From Ophelia neglecta (taxonomy: Eukaryota), in NCBI GenBank assembly GCA_965285935.1, contig OZ260662.1, forward strand, positions 18,848,001 through 18,912,000: DNA of 64,000 nt, written 5' to 3'. The number at the start of each line of letters is the position of its first letter. The first letter of the stretch is position 1. The notes under the pieces were generated by a model. The model was given only the letters and a program-made list of their open reading frames with translations, was not told where the DNA came from and searched no databases. The position numbers and the translations under genes are program-made. Of the stretch, positions 27,701 through 39,000 are shown piece by piece.

Positions 27701-30700
27701 TCAAACTTTACATTTATGGCATTCATATTGAACGGTTTAGGTTAATTTACATGCCAATCGTTATCACATATATGAGTTTCGATTAAATTATGTTGGCAAA
27801 CTCTCTTTCGGAGCGAGCCATCTTGAAATGAAGTTGCCTGGCATGTACTTTGAATGTTCTTTTCGTTGAAGCATGGTTTGAATCCTTGTGAAAAGAATGT
27901 TTTTAGTAATATATTAAATATTAATGAGCAAAAGACGCTGTGCAAATAGAAATGCATCGTTTGACTTACGATGATCTGTGAGATGAGGGTTGGGGGGGGG
28001 GACTCTCTTCATTTCGATGCGGAAGCAACGCTGTGCCATTTTTCCTGCTCAAACGTATTAATATCGGTTTTTACAGAAGGTGCCCTGCCCAGGATGGTTT
28101 TCGACCGAACTGTGGTCATTAAGCAGATAAACGTTATCGAGGCCCATGGCCTTCTCATGTTTCGAGGAGACAAAGGTAGGTGGCAGCACGTGTTTCCAAA
28201 TGTCGGAACACGTGACCAAATCGTGTGTAGTCCCCTGCTCGATTACTGGTCTAATAGAGGGATGGGGTGGGGGTGGGGTGATTAGTTTCAAGACATTGGG
28301 GGAATACTGTGTGCTTTTGTCACTAATCCCAACTAACTGATCCTATAGGAAACTTGTTTAGTGATTTCAATTCTATATGCGAACTAAATGTATTGTAATC
28401 ATGTATAATACCTTCAATGAACGTAATAGCGTAGCGTAGAAATTTTACTCTTTGTACTAGTCTTACTGACAACTTCAAATCTAACACTATGGAAAGTAGC
28501 GCAATTAATGCTTGGGAGAGGGGGCGCAGACTTCCTAACATTTTCCGAACGCAATAGCGTTATTGGATGCTGTATACAGCTCGCGTGCAGATGAAATCTT
28601 TAATTCCCTTTATTGTACTGTTGGTATTCTAAGTTCAATTACGGCCAATCTAGTTTTCACCATGTTGATTCAGCAGGGCTCAATATGAGTGTGACGTGAA
28701 CGGACAAGTTACTGTTTAACCTCCCCTGTAGCATACCATTATGGCCAAATAGGACAAAAGGGCTGACTACCTAAACATCCATAGAAAAACACAAACATAT
28801 ATACGGCCTAAATGTATAAATAGTGGAGGTAAGGCTAGTGCCAGTAAGATAGGCGTCTGAAGAAAGTGGTCCTTATAGAACTGGCGACATAATGCAATCT
28901 AAAGGAGGAGAGAGGTTGAAGCAATTGTACTACCACGCCCCCCTTCAGCCATAGAATCTTACTAAGCGGCACCGAATAAAAATGTAGTGTTTTTTTCAGG
29001 AAAGGAAAACCGCGTTCATGTATTTCGACTGACTGAATTTGAGGGAGAATTCAATGAGGAAGTCGTTCGCACTAAAGTTGATATCAAAGATCACAAGTTG
29101 GAAAAGACGAGAGGTAATTAGCTGTGTATATATCGTTTATAAAACGTTATTGCTGTTCGTCATATTTATTACTTTGCCATAGTTTGCACGTGGTGTTCTG
29201 GCAACATTATGTGTGCCATAGATCATCTAGGACGAATGTTATATCTTAAACTTCCGAAATGGTCTGTTATGGTGAAGACTATTAGATTGTGGTGTTCTTA
29301 TTTCAAATCCTGAACGAGACACCGAAAAACAAACGTTTTAGGCTTTAGAAATGTCATTGATCTCCACGAAGTATATACAGCTAGACAGTTTTAGTGTTCT
29401 GCTTCAGTTGTCATGTCGAACGGTGCCATACTTTCAGGCTGCCAACTATACGCTGTTAGCCGGCCTGGAGGCAGTCACCTCCGCCTTGTAGCAGCCGTCG
29501 GCAAGCGGCTGGTGGTTCTTATGTGGAAGCATTCCAGTGCCTGGTCTGCCTGGTGCCCTACCAGTGACAACGAGGTCGTCGATAGCTTCCAGTTTCTCAG
29601 GGTAAATATATCACTGTTAAGACTAATCAAATTTTAGGGGTCACCGGACTTTCTAGAGGGGCGTGATGATCCCAGTGAAGCCAGTTGTAAGAAATATGCA
29701 CACTCTGGCACTTGACTTATACATTTAAGGGATAGGTCTGAGATTTAGTATGAACTTTCACCTATTTTATTGTAATTTTTATCTAGGAAAATAGACAATT
29801 ATTCTTTCAAAGTTTCAGAATTTTCCATAAAAAGCAAAACATGACGAATTAGACTAATGGGTAGTCTCCTACATTAAGGGTTATTTAGGAATATCTCCCG
29901 ATTTAGGAAACATGGACAATGGAAACTTTGGTTTTAAATGAACTTCAGAGATACTACCACCATAGACCGTTCCAGTAAAACGTTGCGACCATAAGTTTTA
30001 ATTATCTGTACTTTTAGTAGCGAAAATCCTGATTGAATAGAATCTCTCCTTTGCAAATGTGATATTGAAAAAGATATTGATATCAATAAGGCCACAAACA
30101 CTGCGGTTGCAATTCTTCTCTATAGCGCGATTAACCTTTCCAAAGGTTAGCGAGTCTTAAAAGAGGAACCCTAAAAACACTAGGTTCACTTTGAAAGCAC
30201 TGCTTTTAAGCATGCCAAATTAAATTATAAAAATTTCCAAATTAAGCTGTGCTGTTCTTAAATATCTACATAGATTACACCAGACAGGGATTTTCACAAG
30301 TCCATGGCTAAACTCTAGTCAGACTGCGCTTGAAAGAAGCGGCTGTCACAAAATATTTGTTCTCAGAGGTATGGGAATACAAACCCCATGGTTAAAAAAT
30401 ACATATTAAATTAAGGTTGACCGACCAGGTTCTTTTGAGAACAACATCGCCCAACTGCACAGTAATTGCGCTCTTACGTGATGTAGATTTCGTGTAAGTA
30501 ACCACTGCTTGCCTCTAGGAACTGGCCGGTAAAACCGGACCCCTAGAGCCGAAAGGTATTGTACCTTGTGTTAAGATCAAATATTAGGTGATGAATATCA
30601 TGCTAGTCTTGAATATAAAAACAGAAATATTAAGGAACTGCGTAAGCAATATTTACCAGTATTCTGCCATCAGCGCCCAATTATATTCAAATCTGTCAGT

Positions 30701-33700
30701 CTCATTAATGACAAAGTAACGTGGTCTATGTTGTCGATATTTCTTTGCAAAATGTTGAACCTTTCCAACTAAGTATTTACCCTAAGGTTTGTATGTATTA
30801 TTGTATTATTAGGATTGTACCCCATGCCTCGTAAGAGGCCGTGCGTTTAATTAACCAACCAAACCCTCCCGGGTTTTTAACATTATACCACTACTTTTCA
30901 AACATTAGAAATTGTACCAGTTATTGGCCTGTTATTGTATCAGTTATTGCTCTGAAATCAGGCCCTATTGTCAATTGATACTAAGCGTATAAAAGACACT
31001 ATTACTTTTCATTATGTGTCATTTTAATAGAGGACTATTCCTAATAGATGGTTTTAAATTGACTGCGGCAAACTCATTGTTCTTCATCTTTAGGAACTGC
31101 AGTCTTTCGAGACTCCTCAGATTATTACACTGGTAGACGGCATTAAAGGAGACAATCAGATTTGTGTGGGCTACAAGAATCAGTTCGATTTGATAAATGA
31201 GAAGAATGGAGACACTTTACAGCTGTATAATGCCGATGCTCCAAAGACAAATATCATATCGGCCCTAGACATTTATGAAGACGACGAGGCGGAACTTCTT
31301 CTCTGCTACAACCGTATGTTCTATAACAAAACTCAAGTTGCATCATACGTAAAGTAATAAGGATAACCAGCAAAAAGCTTATTGCGTTCTGTGTGCTGTC
31401 AATTCAATCTACTATAGTCGGATATATTTCATTTTAAAATATTAATTTGAAAGGTAATATCCTATGGCTTTTGATTAAAAGCGTAGGCGCGGAGCCTTGC
31501 GGAGGTGAATCCAGAAATTAGAACAGAGCACTAGACCTATCAAACCTGTCCCTAACCCTTCCCCTAACCCTAAAATAAACCCTCCGTCCTAACCCTTTCC
31601 TTGCTGACGATTATTTGCTTCATGCCACTCAGAAATACTCATGACCTCCGCCTCCGCATAGCCTCCGCACCTTCGCGTTTAATCAATTGCCTATCCTATA
31701 GAGGCGCCTTTCGGTAAATGTATAACCCATAATTAAATATCTGTAGTAACTAATATTTCATGCGAGCGCTGTTATTTCGTGGCCCAAATAGCGTTTGTAT
31801 TCTAATATGACGTTCGAGGAATGGAGAGTTGGCAATTTATAATCAAATAAAAATCATCGCAGTGGTAATGAAGCTGTGCTTTTGGCTGATGTTTACTAGT
31901 AAACTTAATAGGAGCACTATCTCAACTCTCCGTGACATTTTTAAGCTCTAGGTGTGCCATGATGAATCAATATGAATAATGAATATACCTTTCATGGAAA
32001 GGACGATTGCTGGTCAATGCTTATGCCATTATACAACATATTGACACTTTATACTTAGGGAGATTTCAAAGTAAAGTTGTGTGAGAACGTCTAATCATAT
32101 TTCAAAATGACGCATTTTACTTAATAAGAGATTCGGGGAACTGAAATCATAATTTTCCTTTCATGAAGGGCGTATTTTTTGCCTATCTTGACCATTTATA
32201 ACTTGATTGAAGCTATGAAATATATCATACACGTTAGGGGAACCTTATGCACCATACAACATATAACAGGCAATATAACACACGAACTTCTCTTCTTCAG
32301 ATATCAGTCATTTCCAGAAACTAACAGAAGAAAGTTCTCAAGAATTTGACTTCTCCTGGAATTCTGCTCCGAAGGCAATCGGTAGGTAAATTATGGAAAC
32401 ATTTCATTCTTTACCGACATTTAACGCACTTGAAACCCGTAATAGCATACTTTAAACGTTAGCACGGTATTTTAAACTTAATTGCCGTAATATCAATGAC
32501 AGTACTTCATCAACAACAGATAACATTAGATCGTGAGAACACCCGCTAGCTATGACGGGCTAGACCCGCCTAGTGGTCAGAATGTCTACTAATATTCATA
32601 CTAGTAACCTGGGTTGTTTACATTGTGTGTCTTTCCCTAACAGCTGCCCCTACCAGCATTACGTTAATTGAACCTGGTCCGTTGTCCAGCTTCTTAACCA
32701 ATGAGACTATTTCTTTTTCAGTGTGTGCCTTTCCATACGTTTTGGCGTTTACTCCGGACACAATAGAAATTCGTCTGATTATAAACGGCAACCTCGTTCA
32801 CACAATGACCATGCCTGACCTGCTGCTGATTACCTCCAAGGTAAAACAACATCAGGGCCCACTTAAACCCGGGGACAGTTGGCCATGGATCGGAGGGGTG
32901 TGTGTTTGTGTGAGAGTGCAAGGGGGGGGGGGGGTTCTCATTCATTCATTCACTTATATGTACCGCATGAGCCGAAGCTTCTTCGAGGTAACTTTTCAAA
33001 TTTTGTGTGCGTGTAAAAAACTCTTATGATCACTTCTTACTCGCGATGCTGGTTGATTAAAACTGGGCACGACTGGCTAATTTAATATCACAGTAACGGT
33101 TTAAGTTCTGCATATTCAAATAATATAACAGAAGAAAATCCTTTAATGGCATTAACCTAAACTGCGGTAATTCGGTATCCGTGCCTATCATTCAATAAAA
33201 CCGCGGTTTGCAATATTTGACCATGTTGTCCACAGAAAAGATAACCATGAACGATTAATAAATATATACAACGAAATTAATTGTATATTAATTACATAAT
33301 GTTTTTGCTGAATGTGAATGTAGAAAATTTTGGTCATAACTGATGTTGGTGTATCTGAATTTTAACTACACGTGGTACTTGGTATATATAATATGTTGTG
33401 AAATTGGGGTCAATCAATACCTAAAAGAGAGAACCCATATATGTTTCTAAATTAAATAAAGATGAGCCAAACACAATGAGTCGGATAATATGCTAATTAT
33501 ATTAACTCTTGTTTTCAGTGTGATATTTTCTTTTCCTCCTCTGCACCCGATATGGTGGCGGCAGGAATCAGTCCCACGGGCAAGGGCCCTGACCCTCCGG
33601 GATCCTCCCCGCCACCATCGCCAAACAGCCTCGCCTCACATAAATGTAAGTCATCGTATTCCTGTTACCTGAATCAAACTAAGGGTAGCTAATCATTAAT

Positions 33701-34663
33701 GCTGACGAATAACTAATAATGATAATAAAGTAATGCAAATTGATAACTGAGAAAATTAGTTTCTGAGTAAAGTGTAATAAACTTATTTGGTTTTCAAATG
33801 TTCATATTGCTTTATCCGTGCAGGAGGATTCTGTTCGGTACATAATACTTTACATGATTCCAGGCCCATTTTCAAACACATCCAACATCTATAAGATCCC
33901 GCTGACATGTCTGGTGGGCCAGATAACCTCAGACAAGAGCCTCCAGCCGCCGCCATCCCCCTTGCCACAGCCCCAGTCTTTACTCTCGCCTCTGGTCAGC
34001 ACCCCGGACCGACCACGGAGCCCCCAACCAACCACACCCAAACGAAGCCCACTTCTGAGGACCAAGCGACTTGGACCGCTCACACAGCTGCCGCCAGAGG
34101 TGGGAATCACGTGACCACATTAACGCGCAGGAGAACTACCTATTTAAGTCACTGTATGCATAGGCATCGACAGTCTGTTAACACAGCACTTGTTTGCGAC
34201 CCTGTATTGTACACTTCAATGTACATCAGCCCAGCTACGTTTTGAAGTGTAGCAACAGACAGAGTAGCTTCAATGGGCCAATGGAAGAAAACTAAAGGGT
34301 TTTGCCTGCTGCTTCCAGAAACATATGTAGACTGCATGGACAGTTAGTTTAGAAATACATGTACTAATTTGGTCGAATCATTTTTTATTTTATGTGTAGG
34401 GTAAATAACTTGCCTGAAAGTTACTAACATACACGAGCTTCAAACTAACTATTTATACCACGCCATTATCGTTTTATTGCACATTTATATTTATATTTGT
34501 TGTATTTTCTGTTTTCTTTGTTTGATTTTAGGGTCCGAAATCTAGAAACGGTTCAAATTCCTCCACCGGCAGCGACTCTGGCATTCACCTAAGCCGTTTG
34601 TCGGAGACAAGCCCCCCTGAATCTCCACTTTGCTATTCACTTGACGATGAAGTAGTTGTATAG
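550..34663 (+). CDS. GARNL3: GTPase-activating Rap/Ran-GAP domain-like protein 3 (Rap-GAP + CNH domain), 25 coding exons, ~993 aa
   Basis: Exons joined by hand, all GT-AG with compatible phases: 550-770, 6689-6758, 16780-16860, 18428-18512, 18700-18818, 19425-19489, 21042-21132, 21366-21441, 21751-21849, 23252-23355, 23506-23617, 24621-24773, 25741-25856, 26040-26147, 26304-26381, 27163-27274, 28077-28175, 29000-29113, 29438-29601, 31094-31313, 32301-32381, 32722-32840, 33519-33645, 33864-34099, 34532-34663 (2982 nt). Motifs recognised from vertebrate GARNL3: [53 protein letters not shown] (catalytic Asn thumb), [32 protein letters not shown]. Confidence 0.95.
2731..2801 (+). mobile_element. 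L2/CR1-like LINE or SINE 3' tail remnant
   Basis: TGTAAACGTCATTGAG...GAGCGCCCTATAAATGCCAA followed by (TAT)n tail. Confidence 0.4.
4181..4420. mobile_element. degenerate MITE (PIF/Harbinger-like termini)
   Basis: TGGTCCAGTTTCTGGTAGCAGCCTTA versus reverse complement of the right end TGGCCCGTTTTCTGAAAGCGGTCTTA (19/26); no clean TSD. Confidence 0.5.
4788..4862. repeat. 36-bp tandem duplication
   Basis: ACCTTAACCCTCGGCAATAAAAATACTCAA occurs twice in tandem. Confidence 0.85.
6689..6758 (+). CDS. GARNL3: GARNL3 exon 2
   Basis: tgtttcag|...[23 protein letters not shown]|gtaagt. Confidence 0.9.
10551..11960 (-). mobile_element. 5'-truncated, decayed non-LTR retrotransposon (LINE, RTE-X-like) 3' end within GARNL3 intron 2
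   Basis: Minus-strand translation across frameshifts gives [14 protein letters not shown]...[19 protein letters not shown] (RT thumb), [19 protein letters not shown] and [21 protein letters not shown] (C-terminal CCHC); ends with AATAAA and ATTCGT-like repeats near 10551-10580. Clade assignment is from memory of the motif pattern. Confidence 0.75.
16780..16860 (+). CDS. GARNL3: GARNL3 exon 3
   Basis: [31 protein letters not shown] bounded. Confidence 0.88.
18428..18512 (+). CDS. GARNL3: GARNL3 exon 4
   Basis: [28 protein letters not shown]. Confidence 0.92.
18700..18818 (+). CDS. GARNL3: GARNL3 exon 5
   Basis: [39 protein letters not shown]. Confidence 0.93.
19425..19489 (+). CDS. GARNL3: GARNL3 exon 6
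   Basis: [21 protein letters not shown]. Confidence 0.92.
19660..20830. repeat. diverged 41-bp minisatellite (~28 units) in GARNL3 intron 6
   Basis: Unit GTGGACAGTAGACGCCAGAGGGCGTTACAGCTATCTGCTAA (period seen at 20041/20082); second variant GCTCTCTGCTGGGAGGGCAGTAGACGCCACAGGACATTACA from ~20490. Confidence 0.92.
21042..21132 (+). CDS. GARNL3: GARNL3 exon 7
   Basis: [30 protein letters not shown]. Confidence 0.93.
21366..21441 (+). CDS. GARNL3: GARNL3 exon 8
   Basis: [25 protein letters not shown]. Confidence 0.94.
21751..21849 (+). CDS. GARNL3: GARNL3 exon 9
   Basis: [32 protein letters not shown]. Confidence 0.94.
23252..23355 (+). CDS. GARNL3: GARNL3 exon 10
   Basis: [34 protein letters not shown]. 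Confidence 0.94.
23506..23617 (+). CDS. GARNL3: GARNL3 exon 11 (catalytic helix)
   Basis: [37 protein letters not shown]; missed by the ORF track; followed by the U12 donor. Confidence 0.94.
23618..24620 (+). other. U12-type (minor spliceosome) GT-AG intron of GARNL3
   Basis: 5' site GTATCCTT at 23618; branch point TTCCTTAAC at 24601-24609; AG at 24619-24620 with no polypyrimidine tract; the junction restores HFT-H-IYAVV. Confidence 0.92.
24017..24081. repeat. perfect 26-bp inverted repeat with 13-nt spacer
   Basis: TGTAGAGATTATTAATTGATTGCCCA-N13-TGGGCAATCAATTAATAATCTCTACA. Confidence 0.95.
24621..24773 (+). CDS. GARNL3: GARNL3 exon 12
   Basis: [50 protein letters not shown]. Confidence 0.93.
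25741..25856 (+). CDS. GARNL3: GARNL3 exon 13
   Basis: [38 protein letters not shown]. Confidence 0.93.
26040..26147 (+). CDS. GARNL3: GARNL3 exon 14
   Basis: [36 protein letters not shown]. Confidence 0.93.
26304..26381 (+). CDS. GARNL3: GARNL3 exon 15
   Basis: [26 protein letters not shown]. Confidence 0.92.
27163..27274 (+). CDS. GARNL3: GARNL3 exon 16 (start of CNH domain)
   Basis: [37 protein letters not shown]. Confidence 0.92.
28077..28175 (+). CDS. GARNL3: GARNL3 exon 17
   Basis: [32 protein letters not shown]. Confidence 0.92.
29000..29113 (+). CDS. GARNL3: GARNL3 exon 18
   Basis: [37 protein letters not shown]. Confidence 0.92.
29438..29601 (+). CDS. GARNL3: GARNL3 exon 19
   Basis: [31 protein letters not shown]...DSFQFLR. 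Confidence 0.92.
31094..31313 (+). CDS. GARNL3: GARNL3 exon 20
   Basis: [16 protein letters not shown]...[14 protein letters not shown]...[15 protein letters not shown]. Confidence 0.93.
31466..31691. mobile_element. 226-bp MITE with ~42-bp imperfect TIRs, 8-bp TSD and internal CCCTAA-like repeats
   Basis: Left GGCTTTTGATTAAAAGCGTAGGCGCGGAGCCTTGCGGAGG versus reverse complement of right GGCAATTGATTAAACGCGAAGGTGCGGAGGCTATGCGGAGG; TATCCTAT at 31458-31465 and 31692-31699. Confidence 0.85.
32301..32381 (+). CDS. GARNL3: GARNL3 exon 21
   Basis: [26 protein letters not shown]. Confidence 0.9.
32722..32840 (+). CDS. GARNL3: GARNL3 exon 22
   Basis: [39 protein letters not shown]. Confidence 0.93.
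33519..33645 (+). CDS. GARNL3: GARNL3 exon 23
   Basis: [42 protein letters not shown]. Confidence 0.88.
33864..34099 (+). CDS. GARNL3: GARNL3 exon 24
   Basis: [19 protein letters not shown]... Pro/Ser-rich; donor GAG|GTGGGA. Confidence 0.85.
34532..34663 (+). CDS. GARNL3: GARNL3 exon 25 (terminal)
   Basis: Strong pyrimidine tract and AG; [18 protein letters not shown]...[12 protein letters not shown], phase 0 consistent. Confidence 0.8.
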   Translation, partial: GPKSRNGSNSSTGSDSGIHLSRLSETSPPESPLCYSLDDEVVV

Positions 34664-36080
34664 GGGATTAACCTCACTTAAAATTAACTTACTGGTACTC
34701 GGTTTGCCCAAATCTATCGCTTCATGCTTGCTAAATCCAGAGATAATCCCCTTCTCTCTATGGATGGTCTGAGCTATGCAGAAAGGCAGGTCAATGCCAG
34801 AAGGCTCTGACTTTGTTCCATGAGGCTAGGAATTTGGCATGTTACGGATTTAATTCATGCCTTGTAATGTTCTTATAATTTGTACATAGAACTGGTTTGC
34901 ACGATCAAGGAATAATAGTGGGTTTAACTCTTAACACAACATGCCTCTGCAGAGGGCAGAATGGCTTTTAGTTACAGGTATTCAAAGTTGAAAGGGTGAA
35001 ACACTTTGCTATCATTTCACCTGGTAGCGCATGCGTCCGAGGAAACGTTGACAATTTATAACAGTCTTTCAATGTAATTCCAGTTTGCCTCGTCTCTTAA
35101 CGTCGCACATCATCAATGATAAGATGGGTATATGAATACACCCTGATTAAAATAGATAAAGCTGAATGAATTTCCGACTATTCGCTTTGAAAAGACGTTT
35201 ATTCAATAACGACAGGACAAAACAGCATTTTAAAAACCATATTGTGTATATTATATAATGAATCACATATTTTATATTTATTATTTTCATAGTTTCAGTG
35301 ACCTTTGCACAACTTTCTTTGTTTGTTATGACCACACAGTATTTATTCGCGTTAACGTGGCTGCTCTACTCAGTGTGAAGTAGTAATAAGTACCTTAAGT
35401 GTATTTTGAGTGTTATTATGAAGGAAACTGCTCTCAAAGCTGCTTTCGTCGACCAAAAGATATTTACATGTATAGTGTTTTGCAATAACATGTTTAATCG
35501 CATTCCTTTTCGGATAATATATCCTGATATCATATTATCATCGATAACAGTATACATATTTCTTCAATATACACATGTTAGCACCGTTCGTATATATAAT
35601 TATATATATGTCATACTATTATTACATCTTCGCAAGTTCATGACGAGCCGGGTATTATACAGAAAGCTTGTACCTTAAAACTTTGTTGGTGTCTTCAAGG
35701 TAAAGATCAAGTTTAACTTGTTGTTCAGTGATTTTGTGTGGGGACTGTTTGCTTGTTCATTTGTGATAATGCTTTGCTTGTTCCGTATTGAAAACATTTT
35801 ATTATACATGCACAATTTACACTTGTTTCATATTTTCGCACTTTGATGTTATTACTTGCAAATGTGGATACTACTTGCTGTATAAAATGGCGTCTATTTG
35901 TCATTTTAATAATTATTAAGTACTTTACTATTAAGGCCACATGACTTGAATGTTTTGGATTGGTTGAAATATATAACTTGTTTTTGCACAACGCTCATTG
36001 TACAGCACATCGTTTTAAATATGAATGTTATATCATGATTTGTATGGTGTATTTATTATACAAAAATGGTGTCATAAATG

Positions 36081-36086
36081 AATAAA
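36081..36086 (+). terminator. candidate polyadenylation signal of GARNL3
   Basis: AATAAA about 1.4 kb after the stop, followed by GT/T-rich sequence. Confidence 0.45.
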
Positions 36087-39000
36087 CGTGTATTTTGTGG
36101 TAATAATTTTGACTCTATTCATTCAATAGATCTTATATATTATCTTTATTAAGATAAAGAACAGTGGAAAAAAAGGTTTATCCAAAACACAAGTTTAAAG
36201 TCCATGTAGGTTTTAACAAAAACCAATATATATATATATATGTTATCATACTAAACATACAAGTAACACAATAGTTAAGAATTCTCGAATACATGTAATT
36301 AGATAAAAGAAAGATACATAACCGATAACATGACAAATTAAGAATACGCATTTGTTTTTTCACGATGGCATTTTCATAATGGTTAGAGATTAAACGCGGA
36401 GTTATAAAGTCCCAGGCGGAAGTTGATGTCATTCAATGACGTCATTGAAGGAAGGCAGGAAGCGAAAACTTTAAAGGGTTCGAACTTGGTTTGGGTTTCA
36501 TTTTAGGCACAAGGAATGGGCTAAGAGTATGGTTATTCAAATCTAGTGCTGCCTCCTAATCTCAGGTTTCAACTTCTCTAAGCCTCCCTACTTCCGCAAA
36601 TGAACTTCAACAGTGGTTTCGATCTGCCAGGTTTACCCCATTGTTTTCGTCTCCTTGGATTTTTATGTACACTTTTGATGACACTCTGACAATAAACAAT
36701 GCAGCTGTGTCATATTTACCTGGCAGGGGAATCGCTTGCCCAGGTTCAAGCACAAGTGAATATTTTGCCCGTTTTGGGGTTTATATGGTAAACACAGTAG
36801 CTGGGTTATTTAAATAATATTTCTGGATAAATTTAGAAGGCGCGAAGCAGGAAATACTAATATTGGGGGCGGTGAGATCAAAAGGCAGAGGGGGTGTATA
36901 TTTATATGCGTACACGGATTGTTTTATTACCATCAATCTCCAGCTCCCAGCAGTAAATCAAGTTGTAAAGCAAATACAAGTTAATGAAAGCATAAATTTG
37001 ATATCACTTATAATGAGAAGTAGTCACCAGTTTTCCATTATGTAGGTGAGCACGCAAAACAAATGAGACAGTTTTCAACGTCCGACAGAGATGAAATATG
37101 CTCTCGAAGAGTCTATAATGGTCTTCGCTCTCTCAAAATATATTGAAAGTAATGGTGATATTGTCTCAAAAAAAGGTCCTGTACACGGTGCTACCTACGC
37201 TATGTGCCTGGACCTGCCGCTCACGGGGAATGACTTGCCCCTAGCCCTAGGATGAGTAGAATTGATCACTCAAAGCAAATACAGTCTAATACGGCGTAGG
37301 TGTTCAAACAATGGCAACAAGGCCCTACACAAGGACAGTCTAAAAGGAATCATCCATCATATTTTGGCTGTCCTCGAGTTTGATCAAATCCAAAATAATC
37401 GGATTCGACAAGTCCTCGAGGCCGTGTGTTATATTTAGATAAATTGGTGGATTACTTGAACTATGGGAGTGTTCATTATTGATGCCCTGGCTAGAGGTGG
37501 GGGGGGGGGGGGAACTTGAATAAAGGCTCAAAGGGAATAAATGCGTGCCTTTTGTTGGATTTTAAGAAACATATTGGTCGCAATGCATGGAAATGTAGAT
37601 ACGTATAAGCTGAATATTTTTTGCATAATACCTGGATGTGGGCTTGATTGATGAAATACTAGTAGCAGCAATAAACCTCTGAAGGTTGATAAGTGTCCAA
37701 GTAAAAAAAGGGACATGATTACCACCTTTTTAATAGGTGAAATTCTCTTTCAAACGTAAAACATATGCTACGAACTACACTTATCATGCTTCTATACCCT
37801 GACATCTGGGAATACAGTGAATACTAAATTTTCATCTTAATTTAACGAAGGGTTCTTGCCAAACTAAGGAATATCCGAAAGAAGTTTTCACTTTTTGTCA
37901 AAGGAATTTTCCTTGAGACAGCTTGGAGCTTTTAAGAAAGAAAATGGATTTAACTAAGAAAAAGAAAACAAATGAGGGAAGAGCATGGGCATTCAGGAGG
38001 TTATATTTTTTTTCTGATTAAAAAGCAGGTAAAATTGTGTTTCTCCAGAAAGGACATGTAATTGGAAAAAAGGAAACTTTGGGGCTTTACTGCAACTTTC
38101 CGGGTAATTGAAAAAAAAATTGCATACCAATTAATACATTCTGGCGTTTGGTGGACTTTTTTTTAACTTTGTGTAAAGAAAATATTATTTTTGTTATACA
38201 TCTTTACAGACATCTTATCGAACTGAATTATGCTGCAAGCACTGAATGCATGAATACAATTTGTAAGCAAACATGTACAACACTTGTGCATGGCATAGAG
38301 GATACACACAATTTGCTAATCAATTAACTCAATGAGATTAATTATTATTAATAGCATACTTCAAATTGTTTCAGCACAACAAAATATACATATATATATA
38401 TATATATATCAATGGAGTCTTAAATAAATTAGCTTACATGACAACTGAATTTCTTAAATTAGTCTTGTATAAACGTCAAATAAAAGAACAGTTTAATTTA
38501 ACTAACATTGCCTTATATGTAAACACAAGGACCTTTGTGTTAACAGCGAAGGCGAAAGGTGCGGCGAAAACAGCATTGGTAGCACAATAATCAATAATAT
38601 CCGTCATTTTATCACCCAAACCTTACCCAAACATCTCTGATTTGTTCTTGATACAAGGGGTAAGGGTGGGGTTATTATTGTGAATCAAAGCCCACAACGG
38701 GTATCCGTTGCATCCATTATAAAACCAGACTTACCGACCAATTTTCTTGTTAGTAGTATCTCTGTTGTCTATCTTACGACGGGTTATGCTATTAAAATGA
38801 GGATGAACTGAGTGAGCAGTTATATACTCATGCCTATGGAATCTCTGTCTACGCCTTCTTATGCAGGCGGACGATTTGGCACGCACACTTATGCGACCGG
38901 AGAGCATAATTAATATATGTATAAAATATAGCCACAAGTGGAAATTCGAATTTCATTCCAAGAAAAGTAAAAGCCGGAAGGTTATCCTTTCCATATTTGA

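Noticed and set aside
36712-36745. U1 snRNA-like start ATATTTACCTGGCAGGGGA
   Set aside because: The rest of U1 is absent; ACCTGGCAG is explained as the inverted partner of CTGCCAGGT at 36624 (MITE-like remnant).
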